A DNA stretch of 64,000 nt from Candidatus Iainarchaeum sp. (GTDB lineage Archaea; Iainarchaeota; Iainarchaeia; Iainarchaeales; JAFCCW01), in assembly GCA_017609985.1 (NCBI GenBank), contig JAFCCW010000013.1, positions 21,652-85,651 on the forward strand, in the 5' to 3' direction. Made by a program: the position numbers and the translations under genes. Below the pieces are notes generated by a model. It saw nothing but the letters and a program-made list of their open reading frames with translations, searched no databases and was not told the DNA's origin. Shown one piece after another: positions 9,823 to 20,187 of the stretch (the first letter of the stretch is position 1; each line of letters opens with the position of its first letter).

Positions 9823-10707
9823 TTATAAAAGCAACTTTCCAAACTTTACGCTGCCAAGCAGCCTGTAAAACTTGACACCCAGCAGGTAAATTATGCCCCC
9901 GAGCACAATTAAAACTGTGTGCGCCGGCGTTTTGTTTTCAACAAATGTTATTCCGCGAGGGGACGACAATCCAAACTTTGCCTGTTTGTGCCAGCCCCCT
10001 GTTGCTACTCCAAAGTCCTTCATTGGATTCACTAGGAAGCCAAACCTGACATCAAGAAATTCTCCCGCCAGCTTCGGGTGCTTTTTGTACAAAAGCACAT
10101 CATTCATGTGATGCTTCCATCTCTTGACAACATAGCCAGCCATCTGAAACAAGCCTTCCGGAGCAATCTCTTCATGGTCATGCTCGTACATTCTCTTAAC
10201 CTGAACAAAATCATATCCGAGATCCATTATTGAAAACGAGAGATCAGTGTCTTCCCTAAAATATCTGTATCTCTTGTCATAGCATCCAACTCTTTCAAGA
10301 AGTTCTTTCCTGAAAGCAGTGCTTGTCCCACCATATTTTCCATAACCGCTTACAATTCCGACTTTATTGTCTTTAAATGGTTCAATCATTCCCTTGAGCC
10401 AGCCTTTTTCAGGAATGCAGTCATGGTCCATGTTGACAACAATCTCAAACCTTGCTTTAGCAATCCCAGCGTTTCTTGCAGTCACAACTCCTTGGTTTTT
10501 CTTAAAGTCAATGAACTTAATCAGTTTTTCTTTGGAGAAGCTTTGCATTAATTTTCTTGTTCCGTCAGTGCTACCATCATTAACAACAATAACTTCGTAT
10601 CCAGCAGGATAATTGAGCTTTAGCATTCCATCCAGAACGCGTCTGAGTGTCTTTTCACCATTATAAGTAGCAATCACAATACTTGCTTTTGGCAGTTTCC
10701 AGACCAT
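9823..10707 (-). CDS. Glycosyltransferase family 2
   Basis: SIVIATYN, VNDGSTD, ARNAG, DHD (DxD) and EDTD motifs. Confidence 0.88.
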   Translation of the reverse strand: MVWKLPKASIVIATYNGEKTLRRVLDGMLKLNYPAGYEVIVVNDGSTDGTRKLMQSFSKEKLIKFIDFKKNQGVVTARNAGIAKARFEIVVNMDHDCIPEKGWLKGMIEPFKDNKVGIVSGYGKYGGTSTAFRKELLERVGCYDKRYRYFREDTDLSFSIMDLGYDFVQVKRMYEHDHEEIAPEGLFQMAGYVVKRWKHHMNDVLLYKKHPKLAGEFLDVRFGFLVNPMKDFGVATGGWHKQAKFGLSSPRGITFVENKTPAHTVLIVLGGIIYLLGVKFYRLLGSVKFGKLLL

Positions 10708-10720
10708 ACTCGCCCCCCCT

Positions 10721-11797
10721 CTAATCAATAAAGCCTGTTTTAAGGCAGTTCAGGCACACAGTCGGCTCTGAATATGGTCTGCCTGCCACAGCATTTCTTG
10801 CGGACTGGTACATTTTATTGTTCCAGACTTTTCTGAAACCGTCCTTGAAAGCATTTCCGAAATCCATTCGCTCGTAATAGTTTCCACAGCAGGGGCTAAC
10901 AGAACCGTTCCAGTTGATTACTGACACAAGCCAGAGAAAATGACAGATTTTTTTCTGAACCTTTCTCTGCTTTTTTTCATAATCATATCTTGAAAGCTCA
11001 CCTTCCTTTGGAAGAAAATCTTTTGTATCCTTTATCTTGTCCTCGTCTTTCTTGAAAATTTCCTCAGCCAAATCACATCTCACATTTCCCTTCACAAGCT
11101 TGTCTATTCCAAGCCTGTCCCTGAATTCAGGGAGAAGGGGAATCTGGTGCTTGTTGTGCTCCATTATGAGAAACTGCCAGACAATTTTTGGAGTCTTTGA
11201 GCCAAGTTCTTTCTTTTTTTTAACAACTAACTTGATGTTTTTCTTTATTATGTCAAGCTTTCCCTTTGCCCTGTATTTTTCATACACCTTTTGAGTTATT
11301 CCATCAATCGAAATATACAGTTGGTCAAGCCCTGATTTGACAATTCTCTCAGCATCCTCTTCACTGAACGGAACATTAAGATTTGTATTAATGCTTGTTT
11401 TAATCCTTTTTTTGTGAGCATACTCTGCCATTTCATAAACATCCTTATTCAAAAACGGCTCGCCCCAATTGTTCAAATCAATCTCGTAAAGATAGTCTCC
11501 GACTTCATCAACAACTTTCCTGAAATTTGAAAACTTCATGCTTCCCCTGCTTCTTCCCTTCTTTCCCTGACCTGTCGGGCAGAGAGGGCATGCAAGCATG
11601 CAGTTACTGCAGGGATCAAAACTTATTTTCACAGGCAGTGCTCGCACTTTCGCAGGCTTTAACAAAAGAAACTGGAGAAAAAGCGAAATCATGTTGAAGA
11701 ATTTTTTCCAGCCAAAATATGGGGATTTCACAAAGCGGTCAAAAGAACGCTTTAACTGAAATTCATAGTATTCAAGAGTTGAACCCATAGCAAGCAC
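10721..11797 (-). CDS. Radical SAM/SPASM domain protein
   Basis: CMLACPLC, NWGEPFL and C-terminal CHFLW..GSVSPCC..CLNC. Confidence 0.88.
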   Translation of the reverse strand: MLAMGSTLEYYEFQLKRSFDRFVKSPYFGWKKFFNMISLFLQFLLLKPAKVRALPVKISFDPCSNCMLACPLCPTGQGKKGRSRGSMKFSNFRKVVDEVGDYLYEIDLNNWGEPFLNKDVYEMAEYAHKKRIKTSINTNLNVPFSEEDAERIVKSGLDQLYISIDGITQKVYEKYRAKGKLDIIKKNIKLVVKKKKELGSKTPKIVWQFLIMEHNKHQIPLLPEFRDRLGIDKLVKGNVRCDLAEEIFKKDEDKIKDTKDFLPKEGELSRYDYEKKQRKVQKKICHFLWLVSVINWNGSVSPCCGNYYERMDFGNAFKDGFRKVWNNKMYQSARNAVAGRPYSEPTVCLNCLKTGFID

Positions 11798-11935
11798 TTT
11801 TAAAAGTTTTAACCTTTAGAAACTAATAGAATTGAAGTTTTAAACTTATTTATATGGATTGGTACAATGATAGTGAGATGCCCCACTAAAAAGCTTTTTT
11901 TACATTAATCCGTTAAAACAAGCAAAGGTTTTTTC

Positions 11936-13081
11936 ATGAAAATATTTCTAATAACTCACACGTTTTCAACAATTGGTGCGGGCGGAGGCGGAGAAGTCTT
12001 TGTCTACAATTTTGTAAAAGAGCTTGCTGGCAGAGGACATAAGGTCTGCGTTTTCACAACATCCACAAGGCGTAATCCGGAAAAAGAAAAAGAGCTTGGC
12101 ATAAAAGTTTTTTCTGCTCCAAGCTTTGGACACCATGCATTGCACAAGTTTGAATACGTTCTCTTCTGGAAACAGGCTCTCAAAGCAGCACAGGAATTTA
12201 ATCCAGACATAATTCACGCACAAAATGATGTTCTGCCAGCACTAATCGGAGAAAAAATCAAGAACAGGCTTCACAAACCATTTGTTCTTGGAATAGAGTA
12301 CCTGAGTGAGAAAAACGTGTCATTGAACATGAAGCTAACCTTTGCACTCAACAAACTATTGCTTCCAAAAATTGATGCAGACGCAATAGCCTGCTGGAGT
12401 GACTATGTAATTGAAAAATTTCTTATTCCCTGGAAAATTCCCAAACAAAAAATAAAAAAGATTACAGGCGCAATTGACACAGAAAAATACAACCCAAAAA
12501 ATAGTGGAAAAGATATAACAAAAGAATTTGGAAAAAATCTGATTGTAAGTGCAAAACCTCTTCACAAAACAAATGCTTTGGGGATAGCGGAAACAATAAA
12601 GGCAATGAAATTTGTTGTAAAAAAACATCCTGACTACAAATATCTTGTTTTTGGAAACGGCGAAAGCAGGCAAATGCTTGAACAGCTTGTCAAAAAACTT
12701 AGTCTTGAAAAAAACATCCTGTTTCCCGGTTCCCTCACACCCGAAAAAGTTCCAGAAGCATATGCTGCTGCAGACATCCTTGTTCACAGCTTTGCATTCA
12801 AGGCAACTACTTCAGTTGCGTTAATGGAGAGCATGGCTGCAGGCAAGGCAATTGTTGCAACAGATACTGGGGAGGTTGCAAATACCTTGAAGGGTTCTGG
12901 AGAGCTAGTGAAAGCGAAAAATCCTGCGAGTATTGCAAGAGGCATAAACAAGCTGATTGAATCCCCTGCTCTCAGAAAACAGCTTGGCAAAAAAGCAAGG
13001 CAGACAGCAGAAGAAAATTACTCAATCAAGAGAATAGCAGACGAGTTTGAAGAGCTTTACTCTCAGTTTCTGAAAAAATAA
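11936..13081 (+). CDS. Glycosyltransferase family 4
   Basis: GGGE, DIIHAQ and ALMESMAAGKAIVATDTG motifs. Confidence 0.88.
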   Translation: MKIFLITHTFSTIGAGGGGEVFVYNFVKELAGRGHKVCVFTTSTRRNPEKEKELGIKVFSAPSFGHHALHKFEYVLFWKQALKAAQEFNPDIIHAQNDVLPALIGEKIKNRLHKPFVLGIEYLSEKNVSLNMKLTFALNKLLLPKIDADAIACWSDYVIEKFLIPWKIPKQKIKKITGAIDTEKYNPKNSGKDITKEFGKNLIVSAKPLHKTNALGIAETIKAMKFVVKKHPDYKYLVFGNGESRQMLEQLVKKLSLEKNILFPGSLTPEKVPEAYAAADILVHSFAFKATTSVALMESMAAGKAIVATDTGEVANTLKGSGELVKAKNPASIARGINKLIESPALRKQLGKKARQTAEENYSIKRIADEFEELYSQFLKK

Positions 13082-13131
13082 TTTCTGATATTCTTTGCTG
13101 GCAAACAAGCACAGAAAAAGTTTATAAAAAA

Positions 13132-14145
13132 CTAGATATCCTTTGTCTTGTAGATGCCGTGAGCCATCTTGGGAATCTCAAAATAGTCCATGTACTTGAA
13201 GTCCTTGATTCCTTCTCCTTTTGCCCACTCAATTGTTTTTTCTATTCCCTCGTCAAAGCCGACTTTTGCCTCGTAGTCCAAAAGCTTTTTTGCTTTTGAA
13301 ACATCTGCATACACTACTTTGACATCAGAGGTTCTCTTGTCCACGTGCTCTATTTCAACCTTGCTTCCTGTTTTTTCAATAATCTTTTCAGCAAGCTCTT
13401 TGACTGTCCAAGCCTTCTCCGCACCAATGTTCACTGGATTATTAATCAGCTTTTTCTTTCCCACAATACTGCAGATCGGTTCAACAATATCAGAGATGTA
13501 AGTAAAAGCGCGCTTCTGCAATCCGTCTCCAAAAATAATTGGGTTTTCTCCCTTAAAGCACTTGTTAATGAAAATTGGAACAACCCCTCTGTAAGGGTCA
13601 TCCATTCTCTGCCTTGGCCCATAAACATTAAAGAATCTGACAATGTATGGATTAATTTTTTCAAGCTCGTAGTAAACACGCAGATAATGCTCGAAAGCCA
13701 TTTTTGTGACTCCATAAGGATCCTCTGGCATTAAGGGTGCGTCCTCTCTTATTGGTAGTTTCTCTGGCTTTCCATAAGCTGCAATCGTGCTAGTGAAAAC
13801 AAAATCCTTTATCCCAGCATTGATTGACTCTGTTAAAAGCGTGATTGAACCCATCAGGTTTGTTTCTGCATTGAATATTGGAATGAAAACAGACTGCCCC
13901 TCTGCTGCGTGAGCTCCAAGGCAGAAAACCGCGTCAACTTTGTTAAGAGCTTTCTTGCAGGCATTTCTGTCCGTCATGTCGCCTTCAAAGACCTCTATTT
14001 CGTCGCCAAAATACTTGAGATTGTCTTTTCCGCCCACAAAATTGTCAAAGACAACAACCTTGTTTCCCTGGTCTGCAAGATAGTTGGCAACATGGCTTCC
14101 TATAAAGCCTGCTCCACCAGATACAAGAACTTTTTTTGACTCCAT
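13132..14145 (-). CDS. NAD-dependent epimerase/dehydratase (GalE-like)
   Basis: GGAGFIG, PEDPYGVTK, NVYGP and GDGLQKRAFTY motifs. Confidence 0.88.
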   Translation of the reverse strand: MESKKVLVSGGAGFIGSHVANYLADQGNKVVVFDNFVGGKDNLKYFGDEIEVFEGDMTDRNACKKALNKVDAVFCLGAHAAEGQSVFIPIFNAETNLMGSITLLTESINAGIKDFVFTSTIAAYGKPEKLPIREDAPLMPEDPYGVTKMAFEHYLRVYYELEKINPYIVRFFNVYGPRQRMDDPYRGVVPIFINKCFKGENPIIFGDGLQKRAFTYISDIVEPICSIVGKKKLINNPVNIGAEKAWTVKELAEKIIEKTGSKVEIEHVDKRTSDVKVVYADVSKAKKLLDYEAKVGFDEGIEKTIEWAKGEGIKDFKYMDYFEIPKMAHGIYKTKDI

Positions 14146-14233
14146 TTCCTCACCTAATTGCCTAATTACATCAAGCCAATAAACCTATTTATATGAATTG
14201 GTTCAATCGTTAAACTTTTTGAATTGTTTGCAA

Positions 14234-15100
14234 TCAAATCCTGCCCTTTCCCTTCACTCTCTTTCTTCTCTCTTCAAGAGTGTGCCCTAAGTTCTTCATG
14301 TTTCTCCAATAGCTCTTGAGCAAGAACAAGAACATTCCATCTCTAATGCTCTGCACAAAAATTAGCCCTAAGCCGGGAATGTGCCTTGCGAATTCTAGTG
14401 GTCCAAGATTGTAAAGCATTGCCTTAATGCGATTCTCGTTCATCAAAGTGTACTGCCATTCCTTTCCAGTCTGTCTTTTTGTGTCCACACTTCCATAATG
14501 GACTACTCTGCTTTTGTCTGTTTCAACAATCTTGTAGCCAGCCCGCCTTGCCCTATAGCACCAGTCTGTTTCCTCTCCATAAATTGGGGAAAAATTTCCA
14601 GCATCAAGCACTCCAATTTCTTTCACAACACTTTTTTTCATGAGCATTGCTGCTCCGCAAGTAGTCAACACTTCTCTGTCTGCCCCAGTCTTAAAATTTC
14701 CTTTCTCAAAGTCAACATCCTGAACAAGCCTGCTTCCAACTGCCCCAATCCCTTCATCACTCTCTGCTTTTTTCACAGCCTCTTTCAGCCAGCCCCTTGT
14801 GACTTGGGTGTCATTGTTCAGCATGTAATAATAGTCTCCCTTCGCAATTTCAAATCCTTGATTGTTTGCAAAAGCAAAACCCTTGTTCTCTTTGTTGTAA
14901 ATAACTCTGTCAATCAAACCCTTTTTCTTAGCCTTCTTTATGTTTTCAACATCTTTTTTTTCACTGCCGTTGTCCACAAGGATTACTTCATATCTGCCAT
15001 AAACTGTGTTCTTCTTAATGGACTTCAGGCAGTTGTTAAGAAAGCCCCATCCGTTCCAGTTCAGTACAATCACTGAAACCATTTTTTCTTTTTCTGCCAT
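14234..15100 (-). CDS. Glycosyltransferase family 2 (rhamnosyltransferase-like)
   Basis: SVIVLNWN, VDNGS, NKGFAFANN, LNND and YGEETDWC motifs. Confidence 0.88.
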   Translation of the reverse strand: MAEKEKMVSVIVLNWNGWGFLNNCLKSIKKNTVYGRYEVILVDNGSEKKDVENIKKAKKKGLIDRVIYNKENKGFAFANNQGFEIAKGDYYYMLNNDTQVTRGWLKEAVKKAESDEGIGAVGSRLVQDVDFEKGNFKTGADREVLTTCGAAMLMKKSVVKEIGVLDAGNFSPIYGEETDWCYRARRAGYKIVETDKSRVVHYGSVDTKRQTGKEWQYTLMNENRIKAMLYNLGPLEFARHIPGLGLIFVQSIRDGMFLFLLKSYWRNMKNLGHTLEERRKRVKGKGRI

Positions 15101-15147
15101 AAACATCACTTAACATCAACAAGTTTTAAAGATTTAACCAGCCCAGC

Positions 15148-15651
15148 CTACAATCCTGCTTCAGTTTCTCTGAGAAATTTTTCAATCCTTTTCACAAGCC
15201 TTGTTCTGGTTGAACCATTCTTTGGCTTGAAAGTCAAAGCTTTGTCTAGTGTTTCCTCAAGCTCTCCGATTTCGTTCACAACCAAAATCTTGCCTTCTTG
15301 CTCCATTGCCTCTGCAATTTCTGACTGATGGTTGTTGGTGTGCTCTCCAAACTTTTTCTGGCGTGGCACAACCACTACTGGTTTTTCCAGCTTCAAAGCA
15401 TGAATTATTGTGCCTGCGCCCCCGTGGCATACAACAACTTCAGCTTCCTTAAACATTTTCTCGTACTCTTCTCCAGACCAGTAGTTTTTCTGATTTGCGT
15501 TCTTCATCTTGTGGCTGGAGCAACCGCTTTGCACAGAAAAACTCCAGTTACTGGAAGAGGCAATTCTGTCAATTTCCTTCAAAAGCCGGTTAAACTGCTG
15601 TGGGTGCGTGCCCACGGAAACAAAGATTTTTTTTTTATTTGCAGTCATCAA
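15148..15651 (-). CDS. Alg13/PssE-like glycosyltransferase subunit (GT28 C-terminal)
   Basis: IFVSVGTHPQQFNRL, CHGGAGTI and VVPRQKKFGEHTNNHQ motifs. Confidence 0.88.
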   Translation of the reverse strand: MMTANKKKIFVSVGTHPQQFNRLLKEIDRIASSSNWSFSVQSGCSSHKMKNANQKNYWSGEEYEKMFKEAEVVVCHGGAGTIIHALKLEKPVVVVPRQKKFGEHTNNHQSEIAEAMEQEGKILVVNEIGELEETLDKALTFKPKNGSTRTRLVKRIEKFLRETEAGL

Positions 15652-16094
15652 AACACACTGCCAGCATACTCTGCTTTTGGATAAAACTCAAGGTTTTCCT
15701 TCCACTGGACAAGAAAGAGGTCTGCCAGCCTGTACATTATTCTTCCGCTCAGGCTCTTTTCCCTGATTCTGCAAAAGCTTTCAATAAAGACTACTTTTTT
15801 TCCAAACAGTTTTGCAATCAGGCAGGTTGCAATCGCTGTGTCAGCTCCAGTGCTGATAACCAAGTCAGGTTTTTCTTTCACGAAAATCTTCATTGACTGC
15901 CACAGGTTCACTATCAGTTTCAATGGATTCCTTCGCGGGCACTCTATAAAAAAAACTTTTTCCCTGCCAGCCAACTCTTCCGAGTCAAGCCTCTTGTCTG
16001 TGAGAAAATAGTGCTCCCGGCCTTCAAATGTTTCACTTAACTGAAGCAGTTCTGTTAGATGACCTCCAGCGGAACTAGCACAGCAGATTTTCAT
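15648..16094 (-). CDS. Alg14/PssD-like glycosyltransferase subunit
   Basis: SSAGGHLTEL, PDLVISTGA, FIESFCR, SLSG and VQW motifs. Confidence 0.9.
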   Translation of the reverse strand: MKICCASSAGGHLTELLQLSETFEGREHYFLTDKRLDSEELAGREKVFFIECPRRNPLKLIVNLWQSMKIFVKEKPDLVISTGADTAIATCLIAKLFGKKVVFIESFCRIREKSLSGRIMYRLADLFLVQWKENLEFYPKAEYAGSVF

Positions 16095-16191
16095 GCAAAC
16101 AATATGACAGTAAACGCTTTTATAGGCTTTTTTTCGATGAATGGATTAATTCAACAGACAAAATTAAATATTTCTTCTCCCTATTTTTTCA

Positions 16192-16939
16192 ATGCCAAAG
16201 CGTTTTGTGGAAAGAGTAAGGAGTTTGCAATCTCACCTTACAGGCAGAGGCTTTACTGAGTTTGCAACCTCTCAGGGAGACAGGCGTGTTTCAAGTCAGA
16301 GAATGTCTTCACTAAAACAAGCAGTCGGCGAAAAGCTTGAACAGCTTGAAAGAAATCCTTCAGACAAAGCATTGTTCGAACTCCATCGCGAGGTTGAGGC
16401 TTACCGGGCGCAGGGTGGGTTTGCTCTGCCTGAGGCGATGCTCTTACTTGAGGAAATAGAGCATAGAATAAAGCAGTCAAGGCCTGTTAAAAGGCTAGCT
16501 GAACAGCTCTCCGAGTTTGACCTGAATAATCTTTACATTTCTCCCAAGAACGCAGAATACCTAATGGAACAATCTGCTTTTCCAGAGCATCATAGAAACC
16601 TTGGCTACGAGGTTTCAGGAAGCGCAAAAATCGTGAAAACAGAAAAAGGTTTTGAAATAGTTCCCGTGACTCAGTCAATTGAAGACCATGCTCCAAGCAC
16701 TGTTGCAATAGACCTGCCTGCTTTTTTCAAGAGCGGTTCTCATCTTTTCTGGCACACGCATCCTGCTGGAAGCAGTCAGCAGAGAAATTCTTTGGGAGAC
16801 AGGGGGCTCATCAGACAGGATTGGCATCCCGATTGTCATGGCAATGGATGCCAGGCAAATGTTTGACTTTTTAGGAGATAAAAAGCCAGTTATTGAATTG
16901 CATTATGCTGGAAAACAGTATGGGGTGAATGTGAGATGA
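16192..16939 (+). pseudogene. JAB/MPN-like orphan protein with an apparent +1 frameshift near 16815
   Basis: YEVSG..WHTHPAGSSQQRNSLGD resembles a JAMM motif. The +1 frame continues RIGIPIVMAMDARQMFDFLG...VNVR to TGA at 16937-16939. Confidence 0.5.
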
Positions 16940-17079
16940 GAATTAGAACTTTCAAAAAGATTGCTGGAAAAACAGTCCTTGATATTGGAGCCGGGGACTC
17001 TGACTGTGTAAAAATACTTAACGAAAAAGAAGCTTGCGGAAAATAATTTTATTTAGTTTTTTTTTGTCTGCTTTGCTGA
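16936..17079 (+). pseudogene. Methyltransferase N-terminal remnant (47 aa)
   Basis: MRIRTFKKIAGKTVLDIGAGDSD contains SAM motif I. The ATG overlaps the preceding TGA, and the ORF runs into the convergent gene. Confidence 0.45.
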
Positions 17080-18084
17080 AATAAGTTTTTGCAAGAACAT
17101 CAAATTGTAGTTGAAGAAAAAGACATCAATGGGAACAAAGATAATTGTTGCCACTAAAATCAGCACTAAGAATCCAATGATAAGCAGTAGAATTGCTGGA
17201 ATCAAAACCGCGGCTGACATTGACACAAGCGGAATCAAAACCAATGCTAAAAGCAGTCCAACTATGACAAATGGAATTGCAATAACCAATACTCCAATAA
17301 TCTGTATTATTGTTGCTACAAAGCTCAGAATTGTTTGCATTATAATCAGCAATACAACCTGCAAAATATTTTGTTTTGTGAGCGAAATACTTTTCTTTAA
17401 AGCCTCCCACGCCCGCAGTTCACTTAAGTACAGCCAGTAGGCAACAAACTGAATAACTAAATAATTAATAATCGCGAGCACGATGAATGCAATGATTGAA
17501 ATAAGCACAAGAAGCCCCATTAATACAGTGTTTGAAGCAAGACCTGCGGCTGGTCCAAGAATAGCTGGATCTATTTTCAAAAAGAATAAAGCAAGTGAAA
17601 TTCCTGCGAGAAGCATTATTAACATAAAAGGCAGTCCCAAAAGCGCTAGCGTGATTTCAAGAATCGAAAGCGAGAGAGCTTTTCTGTAAAACTTTTTCAG
17701 GTAAGATATAATGCTGACCTGATTTGTTGAAACACTTTCAAGAATAGCAAAAAAGCACATATTCTTTAACAGAGTGAAAATAATGCTGAAGACAAACAGG
17801 ATTACTATGCCAATCAGAATCCAAAAAGCAAAAGCATTGATTGTTTGCTGGGGAATTGAAGCAAACCATGCTGGTAATCCAGTTAAACCATCTTTTATTT
17901 TAGTAATATCCAAAGAATTCGAGTTGAAGTTGAAATTGCTTCCTCCGCCGCCTCCTGAAAACAGGGAGAAAACAAAGACAAGCAATCCAATTTTTACCCA
18001 TTTCCAGAACAGGCCGGGGCCGGAGAAAAACTTCTTTGTTTTGTCAATCGCGGGTTCGATTAAATCAATTGCATGCCAAGACAT
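17053..18084 (-). CDS. Polytopic membrane protein of unknown function
   Basis: Many hydrophobic segments and an SGGGGGSNFN loop. Confidence 0.75.
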   Translation of the reverse strand: MSWHAIDLIEPAIDKTKKFFSGPGLFWKWVKIGLLVFVFSLFSGGGGGSNFNFNSNSLDITKIKDGLTGLPAWFASIPQQTINAFAFWILIGIVILFVFSIIFTLLKNMCFFAILESVSTNQVSIISYLKKFYRKALSLSILEITLALLGLPFMLIMLLAGISLALFFLKIDPAILGPAAGLASNTVLMGLLVLISIIAFIVLAIINYLVIQFVAYWLYLSELRAWEALKKSISLTKQNILQVVLLIIMQTILSFVATIIQIIGVLVIAIPFVIVGLLLALVLIPLVSMSAAVLIPAILLLIIGFLVLILVATIIFVPIDVFFFNYNLMFLQKLISAKQTKKN

Positions 18085-18160
18085 AATATTAACAAACATA
18101 ACAGGCTGTATTTAATTGTTTCTGGTTGGTGTGAGTGCAGGATTTTGTTAGAAGTTGTGA

Positions 18161-18904
18161 TTATTCTTCAACACATTTCATTTCCCTGCATTCAAATCCT
18201 TCTTTGCAATCAAATATGAGAAAACATTCGATGCAGACTCTTGCGTTTGAATAACAGGAATATTTTCCGCTTTCGCAGTTCTCGCATTCTTGAATGCAGT
18301 CTTCATCTAAAGAACACTCATCAATTGTTTCTCCAGTTACAGTGATTGTTTTCTTTACTGTTTTAACAGGTTTCAATTTTGTAAGGATTTCTTTTTTTTC
18401 CGAAGAAGACAAATTTGAAATAAATTCTTGATTATTGGTTAATCTATTTATTTCTTCAGCTTCAAAAACCTGTAGTTCCAGTGAATAGTTTCCTGCGGAA
18501 ATGAAGAAAGGAAGCAATCCGCGAAAAGAATGGCTGGTTTCGCTTATTTCAAAGGCCTGTATTTCATTTGTGCTTGTGACTTTGGGATAAATCGTGCCAG
18601 AAACACAAAACTCTTTGGCACTAAATCCTTCTTTTTCACAAATCATTACAAAATAGTATTCCTTTGAAACATTCTTGAATGAATATTCCCCGCTAATAAG
18701 TTCCCTTGTTTTAAGTTTTGTTTTTGGAATAGAAAACTCAATTTCCAGAATACTCTCATTTGAATAATTCAGTTCTCCTGCGTTGCTGTCATCTTCAACT
18801 GTTTGTTCATTTGCTGAAGAATCTTCTTTTGTTACTGGGATTGAAACACACCCTGAAAAAACAAGCAACATAATCAACAAAAAAGCATTTATTTTAAATT
18901 GCAT
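18161..18904 (-). CDS. Putative lipoprotein with a Cys-rich C-terminus
   Basis: Lipobox-like LLVFSGC; C-terminal ECSLDEDC...C repeats. Confidence 0.7.
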   Translation of the reverse strand: MQFKINAFLLIMLLVFSGCVSIPVTKEDSSANEQTVEDDSNAGELNYSNESILEIEFSIPKTKLKTRELISGEYSFKNVSKEYYFVMICEKEGFSAKEFCVSGTIYPKVTSTNEIQAFEISETSHSFRGLLPFFISAGNYSLELQVFEAEEINRLTNNQEFISNLSSSEKKEILTKLKPVKTVKKTITVTGETIDECSLDEDCIQECENCESGKYSCYSNARVCIECFLIFDCKEGFECREMKCVEE

Positions 18905-18999
18905 GCTGAAATAAAGAAACCCCAACTATAAAAACCTTTTTTCACCGGAAATCTCGTGCTTCAAAGCTTTTTAATTGGTTTTCCTTCTCATTATCTCCT

Positions 19000-20187
19000 A
19001 TGCCAACTTATTCTCATTCTCGTCTGAACAAGTTTGAGAACTGTCCGCTCTCCTACTACTACAGTTATGTAGACAAACCTTATGTTGAATACGTGCAGGG
19101 GATTGAGGGTTTTCTTGGAAACATAGTTCACAATACTCTTGAAAAACTTTACAAAGAACTTATGCTCACAAAATTCAACTCCCTTAACTCCATTCTTCAA
19201 TACTATGAAAAGCAGTGGAAAGAAAACTTCACTGAAGACATTGTCATTGTCAAAAAAGGACTGAAGGCAGAGCACTATCATGACCTTGGCAGAAAATGCG
19301 TTGAAGACTATTACGCGCGTCATCAACCGTTTGATGAAGACAAAACAATCGCCTGCGAAAAACGCGTAACCATAAAGCTGGATTCGGGACACAGGCTGTG
19401 TGGTTATATTGACAGGCTGTCTGAACAAGAGGAAGGTCATTACGTGATACACGACTACAAGACATCCGGTCGCCTGCCCATACAAGACCAAGCAGACCAG
19501 GACAGACAGCTTGCGCTCTACCAGATTGGAGTCTTGCAGGAATTCAATGACGCGCTTGATGTAGACTTGTGCTGGCATTATCTTGCTTTTGACAAGGACA
19601 TCTGGAGCAAGCGAAGCGAGGAAGACCTTGACGAACTCAAAAAGAACATAATATCTCTTATTGGGGAAGTTGAAAAAGCAGAGAAGAAAGGAGAGTTTCC
19701 CTGCAAGGAAGGCCCTCTCTGCTCTTGGTGCATGTTCTCTCACATCTGCCCTGCAAAGGGTCACGAGGTACTAGTGGAAAACCTGCCTGTTCGGGAATTC
19801 AAAAAAGAAGCTGGTGTGAAAATCGTGAACCAGTATGTGAAGCTGAACAACGAGATAGCCGAACTAAGCGGGAAGTTGGAAGAGATAAAACAGGATGCGT
19901 TTTCTTATGCTGATCAGCATGAATTGGAGAAAATTGTCGGAAGCGATGCTGCTTTGAAAATTTATTCAGGGAAGAGTTTTTCACTGGCTGGGCTATCTGC
20001 TGAACAGAAGGAAGAGCTGGAAAAGCTGTTAAAAGACGAGAAGCTGTTGAAGCGATTCCAGTTGCTTGACACAAGAGCGCTGGGGAACGCGGTTGCGAAA
20101 GAGGAATTAGAGAAAGGCGCTGTGAAAAAAATCAAGAAGTTTGGAGAAGAAAAAGAAAACAAGAGTTTAAGGATTGTAAAGAAGTAA
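19000..20187 (+). CDS. PD-(D/E)XK nuclease (AddB/Cas4-like, Fe-S cluster)
   Basis: SHSRLNKFENCP, GYIDRL, DYKTS, QLALY and LCSWCMFSHICP motifs. Confidence 0.88.
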   Translation: MPTYSHSRLNKFENCPLSYYYSYVDKPYVEYVQGIEGFLGNIVHNTLEKLYKELMLTKFNSLNSILQYYEKQWKENFTEDIVIVKKGLKAEHYHDLGRKCVEDYYARHQPFDEDKTIACEKRVTIKLDSGHRLCGYIDRLSEQEEGHYVIHDYKTSGRLPIQDQADQDRQLALYQIGVLQEFNDALDVDLCWHYLAFDKDIWSKRSEEDLDELKKNIISLIGEVEKAEKKGEFPCKEGPLCSWCMFSHICPAKGHEVLVENLPVREFKKEAGVKIVNQYVKLNNEIAELSGKLEEIKQDAFSYADQHELEKIVGSDAALKIYSGKSFSLAGLSAEQKEELEKLLKDEKLLKRFQLLDTRALGNAVAKEELEKGAVKKIKKFGEEKENKSLRIVKK

